From Malacoraja senta (lineage: Eukaryota): a DNA stretch of 64,000 bases. Positions within the stretch are counted from its first letter, which is position 1. Every line of letters begins with the position of its first letter. The position numbers and the translations under genes were made by a program. Below the pieces are notes generated by a model. That model worked only from the letters and a program-made list of their open reading frames with translations. It had not been told where the DNA came from and searched no databases. Where the stretch lies: contig CM075991.1 in assembly GCA_038087875.1 (NCBI GenBank), positions 7,752,001 to 7,816,000 of the forward strand, read 5' to 3'. Shown here piece by piece: positions 49,661-61,850 of the stretch.

Positions 49661-49961
49661 TGCAGCACGGCACATCGACGCAGCTGGTAGAGCTGCTGCC
49701 TCGCATCCCCGGAGACCCGGGTTCGATCCTGACTACGGATGCAATCTGTGTGGAATTCTCCCTGTGACCACGTGGGTTTCCTCCGGGTGCTCCGGTTTCC
49801 TCCCATGTCCCTAAGTCATGCAGGTTCGTAGGTTCATAGCCTTCTGCAAAATCGCCCCCAGTATGCAGGACGCAAAAGTGGGATATCATTGAGCTTGTGT
49901 GCAAGTGACCAATGGTTGGCGTGGACTTGGTGGGCCGAAGGGCCTGTTTCTAAACTAAACT
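49661..49961 (+). mobile_element. HE1-like V-SINE
   Basis: A/B boxes, V domain, ctaaactaaac tail. Confidence 0.8.
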
Positions 49962-50467
49962 CTATATTGATTTCAGAAGGTGGGAACAGGATTAGGCCAT
50001 TCAGCCCCTCTAGTCTGCCCTGTCATTAGATATGATCACAGCTGATCTATCCTGACTTCACCTCCTTTGTGTTAGTTCTCCATGACCCTCAGTTCCCTGT
50101 CCTTTCAAAAATGTATCTACTTCTTTAAATACCCTCAATAATTCATCCTCTACAACCCCCTGAGGAGGCGAACGCCAGCGATTTACAATCCTCTAGGACT
50201 TGCTGTATACCTCATTTTGTAATGACTGCTCCTTAATTTTCTCTCATCTAATTGTGCTCCCATCTGAAATGTTCCTACCAGTGGAAGCATCTCAACCTCC
50301 ACCCAGTATTTATCAGTTTAGTTTATTGTCACGTGTACTGAGGTACAGTGAAAAGCTTTTGTGTGCTAACTAATCAGCGGAAAAACAATCCATGATTACA
50401 ATCGAGCCATTTAGAGGATAAGGGAATAACATTTAGTGCAAGGTAATGCCAGTAAAGCCTGATCAAA

Positions 50468-51041
50468 GGTACACAAAAATGCGGGAGAGAACTCAGCGGG
50501 TGCAGCAGCATCTATGGAGCGAAGGAAACAGGCAACGTTTCGGGCCGAAACCCTTCTTCAGACTGATAGGGGGTGGGGAGAAGAAAGGAAAAAAGGCGGA
50601 GGAGGAGCCCGAGGGCCGGGGGAGGGGAGGAGACAACCAGAGGGCTGATGAAGGGGAGGGGACAGCAAGGGCTAGCAGAATTGGGAGAATTCAATGTTCA
50701 AGCCCCCAGGATGCAGACTGCCAAGCGGAATATGAGGTGCATTTCCTCAATTTCCGGTGTTGCTCGCTGTGGCCATGGAGGAGACCCAGGATAGAGAGGT
50801 CAGATACGGAATGGGAGGGGGAGTTGAAGTGCTGAGCCACCGGGAGGTCAGGTTGGTTATTGCAGACCGACCGGAGGTGTTCGGCGAAACGATCGCCAAG
50901 CCTCCGCTTGGTCTCACCGATGTAGATCAGCTGGCACCTAGAGCAGCGGATGCAATAGATGAGGTTGGAGGAGATGCAGGTGAACCTCTGTCGCACCTGG
51001 AACGACTGCTTAGGTCCTTGAATGGAGTGGAGGGGGGAGGT
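50468..51041 (-). mobile_element. Penelope-like element 3' fragment (GIY-YIG + pLTR) inside a Rex/Babar tail (50315-51167)
   Basis: NLIYCIRCSRCQLIYIGETKRRLGDRFAEH; TSD CTGATCAAA 50459-50467 / 51042-51050; intact hammerhead core 50534-50561. Confidence 0.9.
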
Positions 51042-52425
51042 CTGATCAAAGATAGCCCGAGAGTCACCAATGAGGTAGATAGTAGTTCAGGGTCATGGTA
51101 CGATGGTTCAGTTGCCTGATAACAGCTGGGAAGAAACTGTCCCTGAATCTGGAGGTGTGCGTTTCAAGATCACATTCGGTATAATCTTCTAAATCCCAAA
51201 GAACTTAGCTATTCTATTCCAAAGAATCAGGCATTAAGTTGGTTAATCCTTTTTGAACTGTCTCCAATGTCTGTGCTTCCTTTATTAAATAAGGGATAAA
51301 ATAGTGCAGGGTGATCCAGGTGCAGTCTCATCTGGGGACAAGGGACACTTAGGGACAATTTACAATTTCTACCAAAGCCAATGAACCTACAATCCTGCAC
51401 GTCTTTGGAGCGTGGGAGGAAACCAGAGCACCCGGAGAAAACCCACGCGGTCGCAGGGAGAACGTACCGGTCGCCCCTGTGGTCTGGATCGAACGTGGGT
51501 CTCTGGTGCTGTAAAGCAGCAACTCTACCATTGTGCTGCCCAGAGAAGCAGAGATTCTATCTTTCACTGTGTTTGATGTCTGGAATGTAGAGCCTGAAGG
51601 GGTAATGGAGGCAGGTACGCTCTCAACATTTTAAACTTATCTGGATGAGCGAGTGAATTGCCAAGCCACGGTAAACCACTGGTCAAGTGCTGTTTTATCC
51701 TAAAAAAAAACCTACTGCTGGAAAATTCTGCGCTACTTTTCTCCAGTATGTTATTTTGGAGATATGAGTGCTTTGTAGCCAGATGCACCTTGTCACCCCT
51801 TGACATCACTTCAGATAACTTCTTAAACAGTTAGACACCCAAGTGCTGGAGTAACTCAGCGAGTCACATAGCTTCTACATAGAACATCTTACAGGTGACT
51901 TTTGGGGGCCGGGACTCTTCAGATTGATTGCGAAGGGGAGAAGAAAGCTAGAAAAGGGGGTAGCTGGAAGAGAACATCTATCCTGATCTTGGGTACTGTC
52001 TGTGTGGACTTTAATGTGTGGATACAGTGAACTGCGTGGACCATTCTCCCTGAGTCTGCACTCATTTCACCAGGTTCTCCAGGTTCCTCCCACATCACAA
52101 AGACTGTTGTCCACATTTAAACAGTGTTTAAACAGAAACTCTTTTATTTCTGAGGAAGATGAGCGATGCTATGATCCTCCTGTATGTTTGAATTTGATGG
52201 AAGGGAAAGATCTTTTTAAAGCTGAGCACTAAAGCAGTAAAGCTTAAGGACATTTATAGCGTTGCCTGTTTAGCATCTAGAATGTAGAAGTGTACAGCAC
52301 AAGAACTGGCTCCCTTGGTCCACATTGTCCGTGCCAATCATGATGTCAAGACCTACCATCCAGTGATTTGGCCTCCACTGCCCTCTGTGGCAGGGAATTC
52401 CACAAATTCACAACTCTGGGGAAAA

Positions 52426-53205
52426 GTGGCGGCGCTGCCCTGCAGCTGCGGCTCGCCTGCAGTCCGTTTGTCTTTTCTCTTTTTGTTTTCATTTGTCCTG
52501 TTGTTTTAGTTTATTTCAGTTTATTTTAGTTGTGTATGTGTGGGAGGGTGGGAGAAACTTGTTTTTAGTCTCTTCCTTTGGGGGGGATGCGACCTTTTCT
52601 TGTCGTATCCCCCGTCTCTATCTCCGTCTGCGCTGAGGCCTAATGGCGGAGCTGGCGGCCTCCAACTGGGACCGACCTCGAGGCTCCGGAGGCAGAGCCA
52701 GGACTTATCAACGCGAGGCTGGCCGACTTCGGGGCTGTGGTGACGTTGCGGCGGCGGTGACCCGACTTCGGAGCCTCGGAGGCTCGGCCGCGGGCCCAGT
52801 GGACGACAACGTCGGGAGCTCGCAGGTCCCAGGTTGGTGACCGGAGGGTGGCAGCTTCGGCAGCTTCATCCGCCCCGGGCCGCGGAGTTTGAACCGGCCC
52901 GTTCGCGGAGCTCGGATTCGGCAGCGGGACTTACTTACCATCACCAGGCGGGGTCACAACATCGGAAGCCTGGATCGCCTCAACGCAGAGGGAGAACAAG
53001 GAGGGAAGAGACATGGACTTTAAGACTTTTGCCTTCCATCACGGTGAGGAGGTGCCTGGTAGACTCACTGTGGTGGATGTTAAATCTGTGTTTATTGTGT
53101 GTTTTGTGATTTTATTCTATGTTATGACTGCAAGGCACGAAATTTCATTCAGACTAAAAAGTCTGAATGACAATAAAGGATACTTTACTTTACTTACTTA
53201 CTTAC
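52426..53205 (+). mobile_element. About 0.8-kb GC-rich non-coding retroposon inserted in a CR1 fragment
   Basis: TSD-like CTCTGGG(T)GAAAA 52414-52425 / 53207-53219; 3' hairpin, AATAAA, (TACT)n tail. Confidence 0.8.
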
Positions 53206-54260
53206 TCTCTGGGTGAAAATGTTTTTTCTCACTTCGGTCTTAAATGGCCTCCCTTTATTCTTAGACTGTGGCCCCCTGGTTCTGGACTCGCCCAACATTG
53301 GGAACATTTTTCCTGCATCTAGCTTGTCCAGTCCTTTTATAATTTTATATCTGTAAGATTCCCCCTCATCCTTCTAAACTCCAGTGAATACAAGCCTAGT
53401 CTTTTCAATCTTTCCTCATATGACAGTCCCGCCATCCCAGGGATCAATCTCGTGAACCTACGCTGCACTGCCTCAATCACAAGGATGTCCTTCCTCAAAT
53501 TAGGATGGTGAAAAGCTTGCCCCGCACAGCTCTTGAACTTTTCCCCTCTCGCCTTAAAGCTACGCCCTTTTTTTTCGCCATCTGGGGAATCTGGTTCTGA
53601 CTGCATGTCTCATAATTTTCTATAATTTCGAGATACAGCGCGGAAACTGGCCCTTCGGCCCACCGAGTCCAAGCCGGCCAGCGATCCCCGCACACTAACG
53701 CTATGCTACAAATACCAGGGACAATTTTACATTTCCACCAAGCCAATTAACCTACAAACCTGTTCGTCTTTGGAGTGTGGGGGAAAACCGAAGATCTCGG
53801 AGAAAGCCCACACAGGTCACTATGCTTAGCGAGACGTGACGAAATTGGTCCATTGAATCGTTGGCCTGCAGGAGAAATCTATCCCAGTGACTGAAGAAAT
53901 AACAATCGATAAAAAATCTGAAAAAAATATTATTTTTCATCGTGGCCAACTGTACGTAAGCCATTTACAGTATATTAATAAGTTTGTGTGTGTGTGGCAA
54001 TGCACACAAATAACAGGACGATGGTACTAGGATGAGTATTTGCTTCAGGGCACTTTATTATTTCACAGCGTTATTGGGACTCTCTGTGTCTGTTGCTTAA
54101 ATGGTGATCAGAACAGACTCTTGGGTGAAGACTCTTCTCTTTGAACTTTTTTTTGTTCATTATGTTATCTAGGAGTACTGTGTTTCACAGACCCCTGTTC
54201 CGCTGCTGCAAGTAAGAATTTCATTATGTGATTTTCGGCACATGTAGCAATTAAACACAA

Positions 54261-55810
54261 ATCCACAAACCTGACTGTCCCGGTAGACCCATTGTCTCTG
54301 CCTGTTCGTGCCCCACCGAACTCATCTCCACCTACCTCGACTCCATACTATCCCCCTTGGTTAAATCCCTCCCCACCTATGTTCAAGACACCTCAGACAC
54401 TCTCCGTCATCTCCGCGCATTCCACTCTCTAGGCCCTCACCCCCTCATCTTCACCATGGACGTCCAGTCACTGTACACCTCCATCCCCCACCAGGATGGT
54501 CTCAAAGCCCTCCGTTTTTTCCTCGACCGAAGAAGCAATCTATACCCGGCCACTGACACCCTCCTCCGCCTAGCGGAGCTGGTACTTACACTTAATAACT
54601 TTTCATTTGACTCCTCCCATTTCCTCCAAATACAAGGCGTAGCTATGGGCACACGCATGGGCCCCAGCTACGCCTGCCTCTTTGTCGGGTACGTAGAACA
54701 ATCCCTGTTCAATGCGTACCAGGGCCCCATCCCCGACCTCTACCTCCGCTACATCGATGATTGTTTTGGTGCCACATCCTGCACCCACACACAACTGACT
54801 GACTTCATCCGCTTCACCACCAACTTCCATCCGGCACTCAAATACACCTGGACCATTTCCGACACTTCCCTACCATTCCTTGACCTCACTATCTCCATCG
54901 CAGGTGATAGACTCCTTACCGACATCCACTACAAACCTACCGACTCCCATGGCTATCTGGACTACACTTCTTCCCACCCTGCTTCCTGTAAGGACTCCAT
55001 CCCCCACTCCCAATTCCTCCGTCTACGCCGCATCTGCTCCCAGGATGAGGCGTTCCACACCAGGGCATCTGAAATGTCCTCATTCTTCAGGGAACGGGGG
55101 TTCCCCTCCTCCACCATAGATGAGGCTCGCACCAGGGTCTCTGCCATACCCCGCAACACTGCTCTCTCTCCCCATCCCCCCACTCACAACAAAGGCAGAG
55201 TCCCCCTAGTCCTCACCTTTCACCCCACCAGCCGTCACATACAACAAGTGATCCTCCGTCAGTTTCGCCACCTCCAACGTGACCCCACCACTCGCCACAT
55301 CTTCCCATCTCCCCCTATGTCTGCCTTCCGCAAAGACCGCTCCCTCCGTAACTCCCTTGTCAATTCTTCCCTTCCCTCCCATACCACCCCCTCCCCTGGT
55401 ACTTTCCCTTGCAACCGCAAGAGATGCAACACTTGTCCCTTCACTTCCCCCCTCCACTCCATTCCAGGACCCAAGCAGTCGTTCCAGGTGCGACAGAGGT
55501 TCACCTGCATCTCCTCCAACCTCATCTATTGCATTCGCTGCTCTAGATGCCAGCTGATCTACATCGGTGAGACCAAGCGGAGGCTTGGCGATCGTTTCGC
55601 CGAACACCTCCGGTCGGTCCGCAATAACCAACCTGAACTCCCGGTGGCTCAGCACTTCAACTCCCCTCCCATTCCGTATCTGACCTCTCTGTCCTGGGTC
55701 TCCTCCATGGCCACAGCGAGCAACACCGTAAATTGGAGGAAATGCACCTCATATTCCGCTTGGGCAGTCTACATCCTGGTGGCCTGAACGTTGAATTCTC
55801 CCAATTCTGC
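54261..55810 (+). pseudogene. Penelope RT/GIY-YIG ORF, N-truncated, frameshift near 55665
   Basis: IHKPDCPGRPIVS, DVQSLYTSIP, GVAMG, RYIDD, LPFLD, CNTC, IYCIRC...YIGET. Confidence 0.9.
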
Positions 55811-55929
55811 TGGCCCTGGCTGTCCCCTCCCCTTCATCAGCCATCTGGTTGTCTCCTCCCCTCCCCCAGCCCTCGGGCTCCTCCTCCTCCTTTTCCTTTT
55901 TTCCTTTCTTCTCCCCACCCCCTATCAGT

Positions 55930-55957
55930 CTGAAGAAGGGTTTCGGCCCGAAACGTT
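55930..55957 (+). ncRNA. Minimal (dimer-type) hammerhead ribozyme core in Penelope pLTR
   Basis: CTGAAGA-a-GGGT TTCG GCCC-GAAAC-GTT; palindromic AACGTT stem III; stem I very short. Confidence 0.65.
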
Positions 55958-56393
55958 ACCTATTTCCTTCGCTCCATAGATGCTGCTGCACCCACTGAGT
56001 TTCTCCAGCATTTTTGTGTACCTAGCAATTAAACACTCAACTCTCTTCTCTCTTGACCAGTTTACATTGGTTACAGAATCCCTACCTGTCGCCTCACCGC
56101 CTCTCACCTTCCCAAAGGCAGGTGATGTCGTGGCAAAGCTTGCATTCTTTTGGCAGTCCACAAATACATCTGTGGCAAGGAAAGAAAGCCACACAATTTA
56201 TCATTACACTAAATTCCAAGTTGTACTTCAGCTCATTTTTCATCATCATTTTCCTTACAGTGGAGGCACAATGTGTATGGAGACATATTCTACCCTCTCT
56301 CTGGAGTCAATAAAGCCCTCAAGGAGAAATGACTAAAATTGGATTACTTTGCTTTGGTGTTCAGGAATATAATTGATAGAAACATTTTATTAA

Positions 56394-56752
56394 AGGGCCT
56401 GTCCCACTGTATGAGGTAATTCAAGAGTTCTCCCGAGTTTTCCCCCGATTCGAACTCGGAGAATGTCCGTAGCGGGTCCGTAGGAGTTCGTGGATGTCTC
56501 GTGGAGGCTCGTACGAGTAACGGTAGGTACTTGGGAAATCCGGTAAACTCGTGACGTTTTTTCAACACTGCGAAAAATGTCCACGAGTAAAAAAAATACT
56601 CGTGATGAAAAAAATTGTTACTTTTTACTCGTACGAGCCGCTACGAGACATCCACGAACTCCTAGGGACCCGCTACAGACATTCTCCGAGTTCGAATCAG
56701 GGGAAAACTCGGGGAGAACTCTTGAATTACCTCGTACAGTGAGACAGGCCCT
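56394..56752. mobile_element. Harbinger-like MITE with about 127-bp TIRs
   Basis: Arms 56394-56520 / 56626-56752; flanked by TTAA on both sides. Confidence 0.85.
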
Positions 56753-56846
56753 TTAAGATGAATTTGGAACATCATTTTGACATGTGATCCAGTTATAGTC
56801 GCACAGCGTGGAAACAGGCCCTTTGGCCCAACGTGGATAGAATGGA

Positions 56847-56948
56847 GTGTTAAAGAAGGAACTGCAGATGCTGGAAAATCGAAGGTACACAAAAATGCTG
56901 GAGAAACTCAGCAGGTGCAGCAGCATCTATGGAGCGAAGGAAATAGGT
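56847..56948 (-). mobile_element. Penelope pLTR-only insertion
   Basis: 17-bp duplication AACGTGGATAGAATGGA 56830-56846 / 56949-56965. Confidence 0.8.
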
Positions 56949-56951
56949 AAC

Positions 56952-57732
56952 GTGGATAGAATGGATGTGGAGAGGATGTTTCCACCAGTGGCAGAGTCTA
57001 GAGGTCATAGCCTCAGAATTAAAGGGCGTTCCTCTAGGAAGCAGATGAGAAGGAATTTCTTTAGTCAAAGGCTGGTGAATTCTTTGCCACAGAAGGCTGT
57101 GGAGGCCAAGTCAATGGATATTTATAAAGCAGAGATAGATAGATTCTTGATTAATACAGGCATCAGAGATTATGGGGAGATGGCAGGAGAATGGGGTTAG
57201 GAGGGAGAGATAGATCAGCCATGATTGAAAGACGTGTAGACATGAGGGCAGAATGGCCTAATTCTGCTCCTTTTACATATGATCTTATGAACTTGCCTGA
57301 ACCAGCCAACATGTCCCAGCTACACTAGTCCCACCTGCCTGCATTTGGTCCATATCCCTCCAAACCTGTCCTATCCATGTACCTGTTTAATTGTTTCTTT
57401 AACATTGCTTCAACTACCTCCTCTGGCAGCTCGTTCCATCCACCCACCACCATTTGTGTGAAAAAGTTATCCCTATTAATTAAAAGATTCCTATTAAATC
57501 TTTTCCCCTTCACCATAACCCTATGCCCTCTGGTCCTCGATTCCCTCCTCTGGGCAAGATAATCTGTTCCTCTATCCGATTTATTCCTCATGATATTATA
57601 CACTTCTATAAGATCACTCCTCATCCTCCTGCGCTCCAAGGGATAGAGTCCCAGCCTTCTCAAACTCTCCCAATAGCTCAGACGCTCGAGTCCTGGCAAC
57701 ATCCTCATAAATCTCTGTACCCTTTGCAGCTT
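56952..57732. mobile_element. Two CR1-type 3' fragments tail to tail (+ 56952-57292; - 57296-57732)
   Basis: RGHSLRIKGR...FFSQR and LGLYPLERRRMRSDLIEVY motifs. Confidence 0.8.
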
Positions 57733-58119
57733 CCAGTTATTTTATGCTTACAAATGGGTATAAATATATTAGTGGCTACAGAATATAGTTACAGATAAAG
57801 AAGATATGTTGAGGGATGCTGGAAGTACAGGGAAAACAAAACGTCTCGGAGACAGAATGGGATGAGGAATGGAACTAATTACAAATATTTTTTTTGGGAG
57901 CTAATAGATTGAATGGATGGTGTTGTCCTGCACTGGAAATTCTATTACTCTAATCTACTGGTTTGGAAAAGTGCCAAGATCTTGTCTTTGAAATGTTCTC
58001 TGTTTAAAGTGCCATATTAAATCAATGTATAAGCATGGGTGCAAACAGTTAAATAGCCCTTTGTAGTTGCTTTGGAGTGTCGCAGAGCATTAGCCACAAC
58101 TTCCAATCACTTGATTATA

Positions 58120-58575
58120 ATTGTAGACGCAATGTAGACCATCACACAAACCAACCTCCCTTCCGTTGACTCCATTTATACATTGCGCTGTCTCGGTAAG
58201 GCCAGCAGCATAATAAAGGATGCATCAAACCCTGGCCACTCCTCTTCTCCCCTCTCCCATCGAGCTAAAAGTGTAGAAGTGTGAAAACGCACACCTTCAG
58301 TTTCAGGGATAGTTTCTTCCCAGCTGTTTATCGGGCAACTGAACCATCCTACCACAACTGGAGAGCAGTCCTGAACTACTATGTACCTCGTTGGAGACCC
58401 TCGGACTATCTTTGATCAGACTTTACTGGCACTAAATATTATTCCTTCATCATGTCTCTATACAGTGTAAATGGCCCGATTGTGATCATGTGTTGTCTTT
58501 CCGCTGCCTGGTTAGCACGCAACAAAAGCTTTTCACTGTACCTCGTTACAGGTGTCAATAATCTCAATTAAATGA
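58120..58575 (+). mobile_element. Degenerate Rex1/Babar 3' fragment
   Basis: GKASSIIKDASNPGH..., FRDSFFPAV motifs; family 3' UTR. Confidence 0.7.
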
Positions 58576-59473
58576 ATTAATTTGTAAATTTTTGGAGAAT
58601 GCAAGATGCTGCTTACACTATTTTACTTCCTAAATCCAGGGAGATCCCAAACTTTCCTTCAAACCTCCCATTGGCGAGTCACTTTTTCTCCAGTGATTTC
58701 GAGCTTTGATTGCATCCACTGCATCCTGCTTCTTCATTGCTCATACTAATTGCCGTACGTGGAAAATAATTTTGTGATATAATTCCTAAAATTAACTGTG
58801 CTCCCTGCAGTTTAATTTGCATCGATATAATTTTCTAAACTCTACGAGATTCAATAATGTTTCGACAGACAGTTAAAATGAATTAAATTAATTGGGATGA
58901 TGGATTATTGGAAGGTCATGGGCCTTGTTGATTATGGGCAGATTCAATTGCTTCAACTGCACTCATCATTTCCAAGGAGTTATACTACATTGAAATCAGC
59001 CCTTCAGCCTAACCTGTCCATGCTGCTCAAGATACCTATCTAAGCTAGTTCAATTTGCCTGCTTCCATCTGAACTTTTTCTATCCATGCACCTGTCCAAA
59101 TGTCTGTAAGTGTTGCAATTGGGGGCAATTGAGGAGTTTCTACCATCTCCTCCAGCGGTTTGCTCCATATATCCACCATACTATTTGTTTTGAAAAATTT
59201 CCCCCACAGATCCATGTTGAAACTTTTCCCTCTCTATCTGCCCTCCAGCTTTAGACTCCGTACCCTTGTGAAAAGGCTCAGACTGTCTTTGTATCTGTGC
59301 TCCTCATATTTTTTATAAAACACTCTAACACCACACCTCGGCCTCTTTCACTCCATAGAAAACACTCCCAGCCTTTCAAATGTCCCCTCGACTCAAGCCC
59401 TCTAGTCCAGGCAACATTCCTATGTATGTATACATGCACCATCTCAAACTTGATCACATCCTTCCAATAACAA

Positions 59474-59766
59474 TAAGAATAAGGAGTAAGCCATTTAGAA
59501 TGGAGACGAGGAAACACTTTTTCCCACAGAGAGTGGGGAGTCTGTGGAATTCTCTGCCTCAGAGGGCGGTGGAGGCAGGTTCTCTGGATGCTTTCAAGAT
59601 AGAGCTAGATAGGGCTCTTAAAAATAGCAGAGTCAGGGGATATGGGGAGAAGGCAGGAATGGGGTACTGATTGGGGATGATCAGCCATGATCACATTGAA
59701 TGGCGGTGCTGGCTCAAAGGGCCAAATGGCCTACTCCTGCACCTTTTGTCTATTGTCTATTGTCTA
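59474..59766 (+). mobile_element. CR1 3' fragment (TTGTCTA tail)
   Basis: IRSKPFRMETRKHFF...GMGY. Confidence 0.85.
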
Positions 59767-61318
59767 ACATCATCATCGTCATCGTTGAAAACATCAACGG
59801 GCACGGTGCCTTATAATGCAATGTACGACAGTAATCGCAACTTTTACTGAAGTGTGGATGGCTGTTGGCTCGCTAGGAGCTCATCCACCCTTTGACAGGT
59901 CTTGTTTTTGTTTGTGGCATATCAAGTACTCCAGCAGGTACAACATCGATGCAATGAAGGGTTTCGACTCCATGGCCCTCTGGAACCGAGCTCCAGACCC
60001 CATCGTTCTTTGTGTAGGAAGGAACTGCAGATGCTGGTCGATACTGAAGATGGTCACAAAATGCTGGAGTCACCCTATGTCCAGTAGGCTTCCTTCCAGT
60101 TGATCCAATCCTTTTTCCAGCGGGTCAGGCAGCATCTCTGGAGAAAAGGAATGGATGACGAACAGAGAACGTACAAACTCCGTACAGACAGCACCGGGAG
60201 TTGGTGTTGAACTCGGGTCTCTGGCGCTGTGAGGCAGCAACTCTACCGCTGCGCCACCAGGCCATTTTTGAACATGTGGCAGCTTTACAGTAGGCTTAGG
60301 AAATAAGCACTGGCCAGCAACGTCCGTTTCCTATGAATGACTAGAATAATCTCATACTGGTGGTTCCCAAGAGTGCTTCTGCACTGTCCTAGAGATTATT
60401 GGACGTCAAGTAGCCTGCTCACAAATATTCAACAGGGCTTTGCAATGTCAATTACAAATCAATTCAGTTTTCCATTTGAGACACTTCAAGCATAAGGAAT
60501 TCAATTTAATACATGTCCAATTGAGTATTCCATAAATCCTCCACAGCTATAGCTGATCAGGGATTTTCTGACTGGCCTTCAGCCAAGCTGAGTTTGGCTA
60601 TGTTTAGGGGAATATCACGCGTATTCCCAAAAACTGTAAATATGTGCAGTAGAATCAAAGAGCAAAGATCATGAAGGAACTCAGGTGGAGGTGTGGTGTT
60701 GGAGAATCAGAGGTATACGACACAGAAATAGGTCCTTCAGCTCGCCACGTAAATGTCAACCATTGGCATAAGGTCATAAGGAATGGGAGTAGAATTAGGC
60801 CATTCGGCCCATCAAGTCTACTCTGCCATTCATTCCATCATGGCTGATTTATCTCTCCCTCCTAACCCCATTCTCCTGACTTCTCCCCATTAACTCTGAC
60901 ACCTGTACTAATCAAGGCACTATCTCTGCCCCGTAAAAATATCCACTGACTCGGCCGCCACCACCTTCTGTGGCAAAGAATCCCACTGATCCCTGGGATC
61001 ATTCTCGTAAATCTCCTCTGGACCCTCACCAGAGCCAGCACAACCCTTCCTCAGACATGGTGCTCGCAATGTTCCAAATGAGGCCTTTGTCGACTGTGAT
61101 TGAAGAAGGAACCTCCCTTCTGGCAGAGAAGACAGGAGGAACTTTGCTTTGGTCCATGCTGATGTAGCTGGATGTGGGGAAATGCATTCCACAGCATCTC
61201 AACTCCTTCCAGTTGCCACTCTTGTTTCTTGAATGTGCAGGCTTTGTGCTGATCAATTACCAGGCTTCATTATTCAGCTTCCGTGGCTTCATTAAACTTT
61301 AATTTAGTTTAAACTCCA

Positions 61319-61850
61319 TTGGGCAAACAGCTGAAGTTCCCACAGCACATCACAGCAACATCACTCCGGCCAGACATGATCGTCACCTCCGAAGTGACAA
61401 AACAGCTGATCATTCTGGCGCTGACAGTGCCCTGGGAAGAGCGTGTTGAAGAGGCTAACGAGAGGGAAGGCGCAAAGTACCAGGAACTGGTGGAGATGTG
61501 CCAGGACAGCGGCTGGAAGACATACAATGAGCCCGTAGAGGTGGGCTGTAGAGGCCTTGCAGGATGCTCACTCTGCAAAGTCCTCAACCAGTTGGGCATT
61601 GCGGGCTGGCAAAGAAGAGGGCCATTCAATCCGCAAGCGAAGCCGCGGAGAAAGCCGCTAGGTGGCTTTGGATTAAGACGGCTGATCCGTGGGCGGTTGC
61701 TGCTGGGACGCAAGTCGGGGCCTGATCAACCCCGGCTGGGTCGCCTGGGCGAGGGTGTCTGATGTTGTGAGACCCGAAACACCCGATGACCCCAGATCAC
61801 AGCACTGAGGATGCGTCCCAGCGGCATCTAGAAGATGTATCTTTCACACT
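61319..61850 (+). mobile_element. HERO-type (restriction-like endonuclease) non-LTR retrotransposon 3' end
   Basis: LRPDMIV...LTVPWEE...KYQEL...PVEVGCRG; after a frameshift near 61606 reads AEKAARWLWIK...*, stop at 61723-61725. Confidence 0.85.
61698..61826 (+). ncRNA. Candidate non-circularly permuted hammerhead ribozyme
   Basis: GGGTG-TC^ (61753-59), GACCC-GAAAC-ACCC (61771-84), ACAGCA-CTGAGGA (61799-811), plus 11-bp, 8-bp and 5-bp helices. Confidence 0.55.

Larger units (their letters stand above)
54259..56022 (+). mobile_element. 5'-truncated young Penelope-like element
   Basis: 14-bp TSD TAGCAATTAAACAC 54245-54258 / 56023-56036; RT + GIY-YIG; pLTR with hammerhead core. Confidence 0.95.

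Noticed and set aside
56061..56121. Possible exon 2 (pyrimidine tract + CAG, CAG|GTGATG)
   Set aside because: The pyrimidine tract is a retroposon tail, the donor is weak and the peptide is unrecognisable
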